This document shows positions 50,519 to 60,370 of a DNA stretch of 64,000 nucleotides, one piece after another (within the stretch, counting starts at the first letter, position 1; every line of letters starts with the position of its first letter). The DNA is taken from NCBI GenBank assembly GCA_026395965.1, contig JAPLXS010000006.1, positions 10,851 through 74,850 of the forward strand. Direction: 5' to 3'. A program made the position numbers and the translations under genes. The DNA comes from Candidatus Nomurabacteria bacterium. GTDB taxonomy: Bacteria; Patescibacteriota; Minisyncoccia; Phycocordibacterales; UBA9973. The notes beneath the pieces were generated by a model, which was not told the origin of the DNA, ran no database searches, and saw only the letters and a program-made list of their open reading frames with translations.

Positions 50519-51824
50519 AAGATGTTGGATTCACTATCATATAAGTATTTATATTCTTTTTTTGCAATTCACCATCTACAACAGAGAGTAACTCAGGGGT
50601 ACACGGATTTATCCATGCATTAAAATCTGTTCGCCAATTACTTTTAACAAAAATCGACTCATTATTTTTGAATTCTAAAAATCTAGATGGTGTCAAAATA
50701 TTTTTCGAAATTGGGTAGTAAGTAACAAGTGTAAAAGATATATTGCTAGGTTTCGAATTTTTCATACAATTAAGACCCGGGGAAGAGATAGGTGTATATG
50801 TTATATTTTTATTTAATTGCTTTGACAGTTGAGCAATTGATTCTGTATGATCTACTTTCAGTAATTCAATTTCTTTTTTGTTTTCATTATAAAAATAAAC
50901 TTCTTGTCCACTTTGTATCAAAATACTAGAGTAATCGTGTATATCACGATCACGAGGACTTGCTTGCCACCAGCTCAACATAAAAAGCATTAGGATTGAA
51001 AATAAAAATTGTAAACGGATTTTTGACTCACTTGCATACAAAACAAAAGTATAAAGTAAAAATAATGATACAGTAGAGGCCAATCCTAAAGATAGCTTGT
51101 TGTATATAGTTGTATCTAGATATAAACTAACAAATAATAATATTATTCCAATCAGTGAAGCAATATAATAATAATTTGTAGATAATTTACCTTTTTCTCT
51201 TAAAATAAAAAGGTAAACAAAAATAATCCCAAGAATAAAACTAGGATTAAATAATCCCCCGTCTATAGATGTTTTAATCAGAGAAAATGAAACTAGAGAG
51301 TAACCTATTATAAGGAATATTTTTTGTCTATTATTTTTATGGTCTAATATTTTTTTATAAGATGACCCAAAATAGTATATTGATTGGATTATAAGAATGA
51401 TTAAAAGCAGAGAGCCAAATAAAAATAAATAATTGGGGAATATTCCTATATAGGCACTTCCTGCATCTGTAGTATGGAATTGGTTTTTACCAAACAATGA
51501 AAAAATCTGCCCAATAAATGCTTTAGCAATATGAGTATGAGAAAACACAGAACTGGAAATTTCTCCATTATTTCCAGTAATAACAAAATCAGTTATATTA
51601 AGATTATTGTTTACTATGTAATATATATGCAAAATAAAACCATATATATACATAGCCACAAGCGACAACCCAAAATATATCCATTTTATATTTTTAATTG
51701 AGTTTTTTTTAAAAATATAATAGATAGAAATTATAAGTAGTAAATACAAAAAAAACAATAAAGTTTTGATCTCACTCCTTCCTCCAGCAAATATATTTAC
51801 AAATGAGTGAGCTATGTCTAACAT
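50499..51824 (-). CDS. Polytopic membrane protein of unknown function
   Basis: About 9 TM helices plus a soluble C-terminal domain; overlaps the CarS-like gene and abuts the pilin gene. Confidence 0.7.
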   Translation of the reverse strand: MLDIAHSFVNIFAGGRSEIKTLLFFLYLLLIISIYYIFKKNSIKNIKWIYFGLSLVAMYIYGFILHIYYIVNNNLNITDFVITGNNGEISSSVFSHTHIAKAFIGQIFSLFGKNQFHTTDAGSAYIGIFPNYLFLFGSLLLIILIIQSIYYFGSSYKKILDHKNNRQKIFLIIGYSLVSFSLIKTSIDGGLFNPSFILGIIFVYLFILREKGKLSTNYYYIASLIGIILLFVSLYLDTTIYNKLSLGLASTVSLFLLYTFVLYASESKIRLQFLFSILMLFMLSWWQASPRDRDIHDYSSILIQSGQEVYFYNENKKEIELLKVDHTESIAQLSKQLNKNITYTPISSPGLNCMKNSKPSNISFTLVTYYPISKNILTPSRFLEFKNNESIFVKSNWRTDFNAWINPCTPELLSVVDGELQKKNINTYMIVNPTSYDTTNN

Positions 51825-51830
51825 AACTTC

Positions 51831-52397
51831 TTAGAAAGAAATCCCAATAGAATAACCTGGATACTGATTTGATGTTTCAAGAGCACCTGCTGTGAGTAAA
51901 TAATCCATAGGTGTGTGCTCAATATGTCCACTCCAACCTCCTGGGGCAGTATATTCATAGTCAAAGAAATATCTTCTATTTGTTCCATTTTGATCTGTCT
52001 TTGTGGTAAAACATGCTAAACCACATGGATCTACGGGTAGCTTTTTCATGTATGGTTTTAGGTCCAATTCTAATTCTGACCATTTATGGCCAACACCACC
52101 ATCCCAATCATTGGCCTGGCATTCTCTTCCTCTACCGGCACTTGGGTTTGAACAACCTGTGTCTCCATTAAAATCCGGTGCATGACCTTTTGCAGATACA
52201 TAAAGCGAAATAGCATTATTGATTTCATTGATATCTCTCATTCTTCTTGCGTCACGGGCTTTAGCACGAGCAGAGTTGAGAGCTGCTAGTATAACGGAGG
52301 ATAGTATACCAATGATGGCTATGACCACTAGGAGTTCGATGAGGGTGAGGGTGAAGCCTGATTGTCGGGTATGTATATTTTTATATTTTGTATTCAT
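51831..52397 (-). CDS. Type IV pilin-like protein with duplicated TL at the cleavage site (G-FTLTLIE)
   Basis: Class III signal peptide, ARAKARDARR helix, LPVDP. Confidence 0.85.
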   Translation of the reverse strand: MNTKYKNIHTRQSGFTLTLIELLVVIAIIGILSSVILAALNSARAKARDARRMRDINEINNAISLYVSAKGHAPDFNGDTGCSNPSAGRGRECQANDWDGGVGHKWSELELDLKPYMKKLPVDPCGLACFTTKTDQNGTNRRYFFDYEYTAPGGWSGHIEHTPMDYLLTAGALETSNQYPGYSIGISF

Positions 52398-53507
52398 ATC
52401 TATATATTTTAACATTTAATTTTTAATACAACAACTCAAATTGTTATAAGTATTATTATAATACTAAAAAGATGATCCCATCTTAAAAGGACCAGAGGTG
52501 GATTCTAAATTTTCTGCATAAAGATAATAGTCTGAAGAAATATGAGGACCTGCTGTTATATAATTATATACAAACCATTTTGAAGATGATGCACCACTAC
52601 ACCCTGCCCCACATGGATCTTTTGGTAAAGATGAAATATAAGGTTTAAGTTCGGACTCTAATATTGACCAAGAACCGTCTGCATCATTTGCGACCATTGA
52701 TCCCCCAACAGTAGGAGAAGAACGATTGTTGGTAATATACTGCTCGATAGCCATACTAATTTTTGAAATATCTACTTTCCTTTGTGAGTCTCTAGATTTC
52801 ATTCTTGCCTTATCGAGCTGTATCATAATAACAGCAGAAAGTAACCCTATAATAGCAACAACAATTAAAAGCTCTATCAATGTAAAGCCACGATATTTTT
52901 TGTTCTTCATATATTATATTTTAACATTTAATTTTTATGTAAACAATAAAACAGTCGTTTATAACAATATTTGATTTTTATTTAAAATGAAATACCCACA
53001 GAGTAACCAGATGGATACTGGTTTGATGTTTCAAATGCTTCAGCTTCTAATAAATAGTCCATAGGTGTATGCCCAGCAGTTCCAGACCAACCTCCAGGGG
53101 CAGTATATATATAGCTAAAGAAAAATCTTCTTACATCACCATTTTGATCTGCCTTTGTTGTAAAACATGATAAACCACATGGATCTACTGGTAGATTTTT
53201 CATATAGGGTTTAAGTTCTTTTTCTAAGTCTTTCCAAGAATATTTACGACCAAGAAGATCATTGTCTATAACATTACAAATAGTAGGATCTCCGCCACTT
53301 CCTCCAGGATTTGAACAAGTTGTGTCTCCAAAATCTGGAGCATGATTATTTGCAGATACATAAAGTGAAATAGCATTATTGATTTCATTGATATCTCTCA
53401 TTCTTCTTGCGTCACGGGCTTTAGCACGAGCAGAGTTGAGAGCTGCTAGTATAACGGAGGATAGTATACCAATGATGGCTATGACCACTAGGAGTTCGAT
53501 GAGGGTG
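52189..53507. repeat. 159-bp direct repeat (52189-52347 and 53349-53507), one mismatch
   Basis: Near-identical pilin N-terminal coding block at 1160-bp offset. Confidence 0.9.
52464..52910 (-). CDS. Type IV pilin-like protein, canonical
   Basis: RG-FTLIELLIVVAIIGLL, LPKDPCG. Confidence 0.9.
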   Translation of the reverse strand: MKNKKYRGFTLIELLIVVAIIGLLSAVIMIQLDKARMKSRDSQRKVDISKISMAIEQYITNNRSSPTVGGSMVANDADGSWSILESELKPYISSLPKDPCGAGCSGASSSKWFVYNYITAGPHISSDYYLYAENLESTSGPFKMGSSF

Positions 53508-53532
53508 GTATATTTTTATATTTTGTATTCAT
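52982..53532 (-). pseudogene. Frameshifted type IV pilin lacking the prepilin cleavage site
   Basis: ATG at 53532 reads MNTKYKNIPPSSNS-stop; 25 nt missing relative to the paralog at 52397. Confidence 0.75.
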
Positions 53533-53553
53533 ATTATTTTAATAATACCATAC

Positions 53554-54294
53554 TTATTTAATTTTATTTTTCCAATCTTCAATATTTTTTTGGTGGCCAG
53601 ACAAAAGAACAGGTGGAACTTTATATTTCTTTTTATTATGAATCAAAATTTCTGGACGAGTATATATCTCGCTCGAAGAAACTCTTTCTTCTTCACGAGA
53701 ATTAAAATTACCCAATACACCTTCTATTTGACGAGATATAGAATCCACCAAAATCATAGCGGGTATTTCTCCTCCTGTGAGAACGTAATCCCCTATCGAC
53801 AACTTCTTTGTTTTCAAAATTTTATCTACTCGGGCATCTATACCTTCATACCTACCACAAATCATAATTATATCTGTATATTTTTGTGAAAAATTCTTTG
53901 CAATTTTAGTATCAAATTTTTCAGCAGATGGAACGAAATTCACCGTTAGTATTTTTTTAGAGGTCCAACCTCTAGCTGGCTTCGGAGGTTGTACCTCTAA
54001 AAAAATACTAGATTTTGGGTGTTTTTTTATAATTGAAGCTCTAGTAAATTCAACTGCTTTAATTATTGGCTCTGCTCTCATAACCATACCAGGTCCTCCT
54101 CCATAAGGTCTGTCATCTACTTGGAGAGATATATTACCGTCTGGCCAGACTTTTTTATACTTACCTGTAACAAATTTTCTTGGATTTACAAATGTAACTT
54201 TTATTTTCTTATTTTTTATTGCCTTGCCTAAAATAGACTCATTCAAATATGAGTCAAACATATCTGGAAATAAAGTAATTATATGAAAATGCAT
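53554..54294 (-). CDS. trmD: tRNA (guanine-N1)-methyltransferase with palindromic in-frame insert
   Basis: DDRPYGGGPGM, CGRYEGID, SIGDYVLTGGE. Confidence 0.95.
   Translation of the reverse strand: MHFHIITLFPDMFDSYLNESILGKAIKNKKIKVTFVNPRKFVTGKYKKVWPDGNISLQVDDRPYGGGPGMVMRAEPIIKAVEFTRASIIKKHPKSSIFLEVQPPKPARGWTSKKILTVNFVPSAEKFDTKIAKNFSQKYTDIIMICGRYEGIDARVDKILKTKKLSIGDYVLTGGEIPAMILVDSISRQIEGVLGNFNSREEERVSSSEIYTRPEILIHNKKKYKVPPVLLSGHQKNIEDWKNKIK
53947..54010. repeat. Family A REP doublet in frame within trmD
   Basis: 26-bp arms with one mismatch: tagtatttttttagaggtccaacctc / gaggttgtacctctaaaaaaatacta. Confidence 0.9.
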
Positions 54295-54381
54295 ATACGC
54301 ATATTAACACAAGAAAAGCCCTCCGGCTATGCCGATGGGCTTTTTGATTCGTAATTATTTATTCTTAATTCGTAATTATTT

Positions 54382-54750
54382 TTATATACCCTTAAGATCT
54401 TCCAATACATCATCTACTGATTTTTGAACATCATGACTAACTTCAGCTGAAGTTTGAGTTGAAGTTGGAGCTACTGTTTGAGCTCCAAATGACTCTACTT
54501 TTCCACCTTCTGGTTCATTGATCTTTAGATTAACACGAGCATTGTTTTTCATACCAATAACTCGAAGTAGTGTTCTAATAGCTTTTGCTGTATTTCCTTG
54601 ACGACCAATAATCTTGCCCATATCGGCACCATTAACTGTCATAGTTATAAGAACTCCCATTTCGTCTACTGTACGGTCGATTTTCACATCATCTGGATTA
54701 TCAACTAAAGCTTTTACAATGTATTCTAAAAACGCTTTATCATCTGCCAT
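54382..54750 (-). CDS. khpA: KH-domain RNA-binding protein KhpA
   Basis: DMGKIIGRQGNTAKAIR; between rpsP and trmD. Confidence 0.9.
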   Translation of the reverse strand: MADDKAFLEYIVKALVDNPDDVKIDRTVDEMGVLITMTVNGADMGKIIGRQGNTAKAIRTLLRVIGMKNNARVNLKINEPEGGKVESFGAQTVAPTSTQTSAEVSHDVQKSVDDVLEDLKGI

Positions 54751-54889
54751 ATATCTTTTATAGTATTATTCTTAAATTCTTTAGCAGTGTATCGACTACA
54801 AACTGCTCTATTTTATATCATATCATATTATTATTTTTCTATGCAATAATAAAAACCCTCGGGCTTCCGCCTGAGGGTTTTTATGATTT

Positions 54890-55195
54890 TTATGCTTTCT
54901 TAAGTTCTTTACGAGTTTTAGTTGGAGTTTTCTTTGATAAAACGTTTTTCTTTTTACCAGGAATCAACTTTTGATGAACTAGGAAGTTATGAACTGTATC
55001 AGAAACTTGTGCACCTTGTCCTATCCAATAAGATACACGATCTTGCTTGAATAATACTTCACCTTTTTTTAAATTGTATGAACCAAGAATTTCTATAAAT
55101 TTACCACTCTTGGCAGAATTTTTGGAATCTGTCAAAAGGACCCGAAATGCTGGATCATTCTTGCGCCCTATTCTTTGTAGTCTTATCTTTAACAT
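54890..55195 (-). CDS. rpsP: 30S ribosomal protein S16
   Basis: MLKIRLQRIGRK, GAQVSDTV. Confidence 0.96.
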   Translation of the reverse strand: MLKIRLQRIGRKNDPAFRVLLTDSKNSAKSGKFIEILGSYNLKKGEVLFKQDRVSYWIGQGAQVSDTVHNFLVHQKLIPGKKKNVLSKKTPTKTRKELKKA

Positions 55196-55258
55196 ATCGT
55201 CATACTAACATAAAGATATTAATGAATCAACCCCCTTATTGTATGCTATAATCTATAT

Positions 55259-57193
55259 ATGAAGGAATCAATAAAAAACAAGAGTTTTGAACGACATATT
55301 GAAGGTATAATAAATATTTCAACAAGAGGTACAGGTACTGTACGAATAAACGGAGGCGAAGAAATTATTGAAATAGAACATAGCTTTCTAAAAACAGCTT
55401 GTAATGGAGACACTGTTCATATACTACTACATCCTAAAAAGAAGGACGGTATACAAAATGGTGAAGTTATAGAAATACTAAATCGATCAAAGAAAGGATA
55501 CGCGGGTGTACTTGAAAAAGAAAATGAAATGTATTTTCTAATACCTTCAGATCTAAAAATGTATTCTGATATAATAATTCCCGAAAACAAATTAAATGGA
55601 GCAAAAGTAGGTCAAAAAGTTTTTGTAATCATTACAGAATGGAAAGATGCAAAAAAGGCTCCCGTTGGTCAGATTGAAAAGATACTTGGAATGCCAATGG
55701 AACACAATGCAGAGATGGAGGCTATAGCTCTCGAAAAAGGATTTAATGCAACATTCCCTCCTGAAATATTAAAGGAGGCTCAAAGAATTTCTCTTTCTGG
55801 TATTACAGACAATGATATAAAAAATAGACGTGACATGAGAGATACAACTACTTTTACAATTGATCCGATTGATGCAAAAGATTTTGATGATGCATTGTCT
55901 TTCAAAAACCTACCAAATGGAAACTATGAAATAGGAATCCATATTGCCGATGTATCTCATTATGTAAGACTCGGTACTCAATTAGACGAAGAAGCCAATC
56001 ACAGAGGAACTTCTGTATACTTGGTAGATAGAACTATTCCTATGCTCCCAGAAGAACTTTCAAACGGTATTTGTAGTTTAAATGAGCATGTAGACAGACT
56101 CACCTTTTCAGCAATATTTGAGCTTGATAAAACAGGAACTATTTTAAGTGAATGGTTTGGTAGAACAGTCATACATTCCGATAAAAGATTTAGTTATGAA
56201 GAAGCTCAAAAAGTTTTAGATGATAAAAAGGGAATATTTTTTGATGAGCTTAATATTCTAAATAAAATAGCAAAAGAATTATTAAAAAAACGATTCAGAG
56301 AAGGTGCTATTTCCCTTGAACAAGATGAAGTTAAATTTGAACTAACAAAAGAAGGTGTCCCAATATCCGTCTATACTAAAGTTCGTGGTGACACAAACAA
56401 ACTTATTGAAGAATTTATGCTTCTTGCCAACCGTCGTGTTGCCGAATATATGTCTGTAAAAAAACCCGGAGTGGGAGGAGTATTTGTTTACAGAATCCAT
56501 GACTTACCAAACAAAGACAAGATTCGTGACTTAGTCGCATTTCTAAAAAGATTGGGATTTAAAGTTCTACTAAAAAATGGAATAATACCATCAGAAGAAA
56601 TGAATGAATTAATCGGCAAGATAGAACACAGCCCAATGCGCAACACTATAAATACTGCGATTATTCGAACTATGGCAAAAGCTATTTATTCTACCAAAAA
56701 TATTGGTCACTATGGACTTGGATTTAAATACTATACTCATTTTACATCCCCTATTCGTAGATATCCTGATGTTATAGTTCATCGTCTTCTTTCTGATTTC
56801 TTAGAAAATAAACCAATTCCAAAAGAAAAATGGTTTGAATATGAACAGATAAGCAGAGATGCTTCACTTCGAGAAAAAGAAGCTTCTGATGCTGAACGCG
56901 CTTCTATTAAATACAAACAGGTTGAATACATGTCTAGTCGTATTGGTGAAAAATATGAAGGTATAATAACAGGAGTTACTGAATGGGGTCTATACATAGA
57001 AGATAAAAAGACTAAGTGTGAAGGTATGATTCGCATGAGGGATTTAAAAGATGATTATTATACTTTTGACAAAGAAGGTATGAGTATACGTGGAAGAAAA
57101 ACTCATAAAAAATATACATTTGGAGATACTATTAAATTTGTAGTCAAAAATGCTGATATGAATAAAAAGACTATAGATTACGAAATAAAGTAA
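55259..57193 (+). CDS. rnr: Ribonuclease R
   Basis: TIDPIDAKDFDDA, HFTSPIRRYPD, S1 domain. Confidence 0.93.
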   Translation: MKESIKNKSFERHIEGIINISTRGTGTVRINGGEEIIEIEHSFLKTACNGDTVHILLHPKKKDGIQNGEVIEILNRSKKGYAGVLEKENEMYFLIPSDLKMYSDIIIPENKLNGAKVGQKVFVIITEWKDAKKAPVGQIEKILGMPMEHNAEMEAIALEKGFNATFPPEILKEAQRISLSGITDNDIKNRRDMRDTTTFTIDPIDAKDFDDALSFKNLPNGNYEIGIHIADVSHYVRLGTQLDEEANHRGTSVYLVDRTIPMLPEELSNGICSLNEHVDRLTFSAIFELDKTGTILSEWFGRTVIHSDKRFSYEEAQKVLDDKKGIFFDELNILNKIAKELLKKRFREGAISLEQDEVKFELTKEGVPISVYTKVRGDTNKLIEEFMLLANRRVAEYMSVKKPGVGGVFVYRIHDLPNKDKIRDLVAFLKRLGFKVLLKNGIIPSEEMNELIGKIEHSPMRNTINTAIIRTMAKAIYSTKNIGHYGLGFKYYTHFTSPIRRYPDVIVHRLLSDFLENKPIPKEKWFEYEQISRDASLREKEASDAERASIKYKQVEYMSSRIGEKYEGIITGVTEWGLYIEDKKTKCEGMIRMRDLKDDYYTFDKEGMSIRGRKTHKKYTFGDTIKFVVKNADMNKKTIDYEIK

Positions 57194-57199
57194 TTTTAT

Positions 57200-58060
57200 A
57201 TGAAAAATTTAAAAATTATATTTCTATCATTATTTACTTCTGTAATATTTTTTACTGCTGTTATTTTTATAATAAATAAATTAAACAACACAAAAGAAAT
57301 AGCTCAAGAACCATTAGACATAGGAGTACTTGAAAATAAAAATATTGAAATATATGAGGTCAAAAATAGTATTCCCGATGAAGACAAAGATATTTCACCC
57401 AAAATAACCATTGATAATAATTCTTTAATTACAAAAACAAAAGACAATATCAAAAAAATAAAATCACCATTTGTTTGTTCAAAATCAAATACAATATTTG
57501 AAGATATGTCATATTTAAATATAGGACAAATAAAAATGCTACCAGACGCATCTTATATACCAGAAGATTTAATAAATTTAGATTCAGAATCAAGTACTAC
57601 AAATGAAATCTGTTTAACCCAAGAAACAAAAAACTCATTTGAATCTTTAATAAAAAAAGCTAAAGAAGATGGATACATGATAAAAGCAAGTTCAGGATAT
57701 AGAAGTTATGAGACTCAAAAAAATTTATTTAATACTATGCTAAACAGCGGGCAATCAGATGCACTTGTTTCAGTAGCTAAACCTGGATACTCAGAACACC
57801 AATTAGGCACCACTGTGGACCTCACTGGATCATCAATAGATTACAAATCGGCTGCAAGTAATTTTAGTGGAACACCAGAAGACAATTGGCTCAAAAAAAA
57901 TGCTTACTTATACGGATTTATTCAAAGCTACCCCAAGGGCAAAGAAGAAATAACAGGATACAAATACGAACCTTGGCACTACCGATATATTGGAATTGAA
58001 AAAGCAAATGAACTAGTAAAAAATAATCAAACTATTACAGAATACTTTACAAATAAATAA
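57200..58060 (+). CDS. M15B (VanY/LdcB-like) carboxypeptidase
   Basis: SGYRS, PGYSEHQLG, YEPWHYRY. Confidence 0.9.
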   Translation: MKNLKIIFLSLFTSVIFFTAVIFIINKLNNTKEIAQEPLDIGVLENKNIEIYEVKNSIPDEDKDISPKITIDNNSLITKTKDNIKKIKSPFVCSKSNTIFEDMSYLNIGQIKMLPDASYIPEDLINLDSESSTTNEICLTQETKNSFESLIKKAKEDGYMIKASSGYRSYETQKNLFNTMLNSGQSDALVSVAKPGYSEHQLGTTVDLTGSSIDYKSAASNFSGTPEDNWLKKNAYLYGFIQSYPKGKEEITGYKYEPWHYRYIGIEKANELVKNNQTITEYFTNK

Positions 58061-58099
58061 TAAAAAGACCATCGTGCACACGATGGTCTTTTTATTATT
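58036..58099. terminator. Bidirectional terminator
   Basis: taaaaagaccatcgtg-ca-cacgatggtcttttta between convergent genes. Confidence 0.8.
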
Positions 58100-60369
58100 T
58101 ATTTTGCGTATGCAGTTGCATCTTCCATATGGATAGATAGCAGCTTTGAAGCACCTTCAGAACTCATAGTGACTCCATAGAGTACCTGAGCTCGTGACAT
58201 GGTCTCACGGTTGTGAGTAACCACAATAAGCTGTGAATACTTTGATAGGTTTTCCAACATATTTCCGTATTTACGAGAGTTTGCTTCATCAAGAGCTGCA
58301 TCTGTCTCATCTAAAACAAGGAATGGTGGTGGGTTTACCTGAGAAATCGCAAACAAAAGTGCTATAGAAGTTAAAGATCTTTCACCTCCTGATAGCATGT
58401 GTAGATCTTTAACTTTTTTGTGTGGAAGATTTATATTTATCTCTATACCTCTTTCAAAACCAATTTCATTTTCATCTTCATCTGTATCTATTTCTTCCCC
58501 TTCTGCTACAGATTCATCATTTTTCTTTGGCTTTTTGTGTTCCATAGTTATAGAAAGAAAAGCTCCTCCCCCACCAAACATAAGTGCAAAAAATTCTTGG
58601 AATTGTTTGTTTATTTTTTCTACGCCTCCTTTGAATTCTGCATCCAATTTTTCTTTTAATTCCTGAATCAAGATATTGCAATCCTTTATACTTTTATTTA
58701 AATCTTCGATTTCTTTTGCCAAAAATGCATCACGCTCGGTGGTCTCTTCATATTCTTTTATTATATCTCCTCCACCACCACTACCTGCATCTTCAATCTT
58801 TATCTTTATGCGTTCTATCTTACGACGAAGTTCTTCTTGGGATGAACGAACGATATCTAATGTTGATTCCATTTGTGCAAAAGATATTATTTCTCTTCCT
58901 ATTAGAACTCCAGCTTCAGCAAGCTCCATCTCAAATGCATTTTTAATCATTGAAAGTTTTTCTTCTTCAAATGAAAGTGAATGGGCACTAGAAGTAACTT
59001 CGTTTTTCTCATGCAATAAACCATACAATACACGCTCTCCATCACGGTATGAAGCTTGGTTTTCTTGTTCTTTTTGTTTAAATCCTGAGATAATATTTAA
59101 TATTTCTCTTTCTTCTATCTGTATTTTTTCTATTTCTTTTACAATCTTATCTTTTGTCTTTAATACTTCTTTATATTCAACATTATCATCAAGTGATAGA
59201 TTTTCTTCTTCATTTGAATCTTTGTTGTCGAAAAACCCACTCAAGCGTGATTTGATATTATTAAGAGTATTTACTATGCTCTCTAGATTTTCTACTTTTA
59301 TAGCATCATCTATCATTCCTGATATATCTGCAATAAAAATTCTCCATTCTGACTCTCCTATTACTTTATTTTTGACTTCTTTAACACGAGAATACTGGCG
59401 TTCTATACCTTCAATGATTCCCTCTATGCGTCCTTGCTTACGAAGTAATTCATTTTTAGTACTTCGAATAACTGAAATTTTATTTTCATTTTCTTCTATT
59501 TTTTTTGAATAAATATTTTGTACTTGATTTTCGCTATTTTGTTTTTTAAGTTCTTCAATACGAAGATCAAGTGAAGCTCCTTTTTCAGTCAACAAACTAC
59601 GAACTTCAGATAGCCTATTTTTCTCTTTATTTATGTATGTACCTTCATTCGAAAGATAAGTTTTATACAGATTACGAAGTTCCTCGCGCATCTCTCTTGC
59701 ACGCTCTACTACTTGTACCTGCTTTTTTAAGAAAGCAAGATGCGGAGCTATCTCACGTCTTAAAGCTCCTACTTCTTTTATATTCAAAAGTGTCTTGTCT
59801 AATTTTCGTGTTGATTCTTTTATTCTAAATTGATACACCTTCAAACCTAGTGCATCTTCTATCATACCTCTACGTTCTTTATTTGATGCATTTAAAACTC
59901 TATCCGCTTCACCTTGAGAAATAATATGATGTCCTGAACTTCCTATATTTACAGAAGCGAGCAAATCCACAATATCTTTGAGACGTACTTCTGTATGATT
60001 GATAGAATATTTATTTGCACCATCTGCATAAACTTCTCTACCTATTACTATCTCATCATAGTCTAGAGATACCCCTAGTCCACTATTTGTAAAAGAAAAT
60101 ATTTTATTTGTATTATCAAAAGTCATTAACACCTGTGCACGATTTGAAGAAGAGAGACCCTTTGAACCCTTAAAGATAAGGTCAATACCCCCTTTTCCAC
60201 GAAGAGATTTCATAGATTGTTCACCAAGTACAAAACGTATAGCTTCTACTATATTGGACTTACCAGACCCATTTGGCCCTACGATAGAAGTTATGGGCGT
60301 TGTAAATGACACAACGCTTTTTTTACCAAATGATTTAAATCCTGTTAACTCAATAGATTTTAGAGTCAT
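58099..60369 (-). CDS. smc: Short SMC-family ATPase (about 756 aa)
   Basis: GFKSF, GPNGSGKSN, ISQG, LSGGE, LDETDAALD; follows rnc. Confidence 0.88.
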   Translation of the reverse strand: MTLKSIELTGFKSFGKKSVVSFTTPITSIVGPNGSGKSNIVEAIRFVLGEQSMKSLRGKGGIDLIFKGSKGLSSSNRAQVLMTFDNTNKIFSFTNSGLGVSLDYDEIVIGREVYADGANKYSINHTEVRLKDIVDLLASVNIGSSGHHIISQGEADRVLNASNKERRGMIEDALGLKVYQFRIKESTRKLDKTLLNIKEVGALRREIAPHLAFLKKQVQVVERAREMREELRNLYKTYLSNEGTYINKEKNRLSEVRSLLTEKGASLDLRIEELKKQNSENQVQNIYSKKIEENENKISVIRSTKNELLRKQGRIEGIIEGIERQYSRVKEVKNKVIGESEWRIFIADISGMIDDAIKVENLESIVNTLNNIKSRLSGFFDNKDSNEEENLSLDDNVEYKEVLKTKDKIVKEIEKIQIEEREILNIISGFKQKEQENQASYRDGERVLYGLLHEKNEVTSSAHSLSFEEEKLSMIKNAFEMELAEAGVLIGREIISFAQMESTLDIVRSSQEELRRKIERIKIKIEDAGSGGGGDIIKEYEETTERDAFLAKEIEDLNKSIKDCNILIQELKEKLDAEFKGGVEKINKQFQEFFALMFGGGGAFLSITMEHKKPKKNDESVAEGEEIDTDEDENEIGFERGIEININLPHKKVKDLHMLSGGERSLTSIALLFAISQVNPPPFLVLDETDAALDEANSRKYGNMLENLSKYSQLIVVTHNRETMSRAQVLYGVTMSSEGASKLLSIHMEDATAYAK

Positions 60370-60370
60370 T

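Noticed and set aside
48672-59512. Long antisense ORFs (e.g. 48672..49373, 58676..59512) and other short overlapping ORFs in the track
   Set aside because: They are shadows of well-supported genes on the opposite strand and have no recognisable motifs.
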